Origin: a virus
Lineage: Duplodnaviria > Caudoviricetes
Reading direction: 5' to 3' (one strand)
Length of the DNA stretch: 44,704 bases
IMG/VR virus record: IMGVR_UViG_3300003970_000020
Coordinates: 1-44,704 of that record
In this document: positions 43,957 to 44,704 of the stretch, piece by piece
How positions within the stretch are numbered: position 1 is the first letter of the stretch
How the letters are laid out: every line of letters begins with the position of its first letter
Translations under genes and position numbers: made by a program
Notes under the pieces: generated by a model
Seen by the model: the letters and a program-made list of their open reading frames with translations, nothing else
Told to the model about the DNA's origin: nothing
The model's database searches: none

Positions 43957-44273
43957 GGGCTCGGGCCGAGTGGCACTTCGGCCAGGGCCCTGACTATTGC
44001 CGCGGCTGCGCGGTCCTCGATCGCGATTGCGGCCTGGCCTGCCCCTACGCCGCGCACGCCCCGGCCAGCGTCGAGGGCGCTGCAGCCTGGTCCGCCGGCA
44101 CCACCTGCGCCACGGCGACCATGGCCGGCCTCGACCTCGACATGCCGGCATCACTCGCCACCGCCCGCGAGATGGGCGCCTCCGGCTGGGCTGCGGCGGA
44201 GCTGCTGCTGGCGATGCGCATGGGCCTCGCCGCCGGCAGCGCCGCGCGCCGCACTGATCCCCCCGGGCCCTGA
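43944..44273 (+). CDS. gpT-like -1 frameshift extension of the tail chaperone
   Basis: In-frame G_GGA_AAC at 43944-43950; the -1 frame reads KRIRARAEWHFGQGPDYC.. to TGA 44273. Confidence 0.82.
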   Translation, partial: GKRIRARAEWHFGQGPDYCRGCAVLDRDCGLACPYAAHAPASVEGAAAWSAGTTCATATMAGLDLDMPASLATAREMGASGWAAAELLLAMRMGLAAGSAARRTDPPGP

Positions 44274-44302
44274 CCACCCGACCAACGCAAGAGGCGTGAC
44301 GC

Positions 44303-44704
44303 ATGGCGGATAGCACGCGCCGCGTCTCGGTCCGGCTGTCGCTGGACGACGCCGCCCGGGTCAAGCAGGAGCTGCGCGAGGTCGGCGAGACCGGCCAGCG
44401 CAGCCTGGAGCGCATCCAGGGCGGCGCCGATCGTGCCTCCCGCGCGCTGGACCTGCTCGACGTCGCCGTTCGCGGTGTGCAGATCGCCGGCCTCGCCGCC
44501 GGGCTGCGCGCCGTGGTGGTGGCCGGCGACGCGCTGACCCAGTCCATGGGCCGGCTGAACACGGCGCTGGGCTCCGTCGAGCGCGCTGGTGAGATCTACG
44601 ACCGGCTGTATCGCGACAGCCTGCGAACGGGCGTGGCAGTGCGCGAGAGCGTGGACGCCTTCGCCCGCTTCTCGATCGCCGCCCGCGAGATCGGCGCCAC
44701 CTCC
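44303..44704 (+). CDS. Tape measure protein, N-terminal part (truncated by the window)
   Basis: MADSTRRVSVRLSLDDAARVKQELREVGETG...; position after G/GT. Confidence 0.88.
   Translation, partial: MADSTRRVSVRLSLDDAARVKQELREVGETGQRSLERIQGGADRASRALDLLDVAVRGVQIAGLAAGLRAVVVAGDALTQSMGRLNTALGSVERAGEIYDRLYRDSLRTGVAVRESVDAFARFSIAAREIGATS

Larger units (their letters stand above)
7247..44704 (+). mobile_element. Lambdoid siphoprophage (continues past the right edge)
   Basis: Ordered recombinase, repressor, replication, packaging, head and tail modules. Confidence 0.93.

Overview
GC-rich DNA (my impression is Alphaproteobacteria, possibly Acetobacteraceae/Roseomonas-like) made up almost entirely of two mobile elements in tandem at a tRNA-Glu(CTC) attachment site. 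(1) Positions 1-7246 are the right part of a phage-satellite-like integrative element, all on the minus strand: tyrosine integrase, a predicted C4/CI-like structured RNA, an excisionase-like HTH, a Prim-Pol/PriCT/AAA replicase with an adjacent iteron/palindrome origin, and accessory genes. It ends at a 48-bp 3' copy of tRNA-Glu. (2) Positions ~7250 to the end are a lambdoid siphoprophage: a two-gene putative defence cassette (GHKL ATPase-nuclease, AbiJ-like), a DUF2924/serine recombinase module, a cI/cro switch, a Sak4/SSB/Cas4-like recombination module, SF2 helicase, Prim-Pol replicase, a candidate cos site, two ParB-methyltransferases (one internally deleted), terminase, portal, protease-capsid fusion, tail genes with a G/GT -1 frameshift, and the start of the tape measure gene. 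The most striking item is an AT-rich, reverse-strand moron in the tail operon that encodes a GTPase resembling animal interferon-inducible immunity-related GTPases (IRG/IIGP); its P-loop can only be translated through a -1 frameshift at GGGAAAAAC. All family names come from motif recognition by eye, not from database searches.
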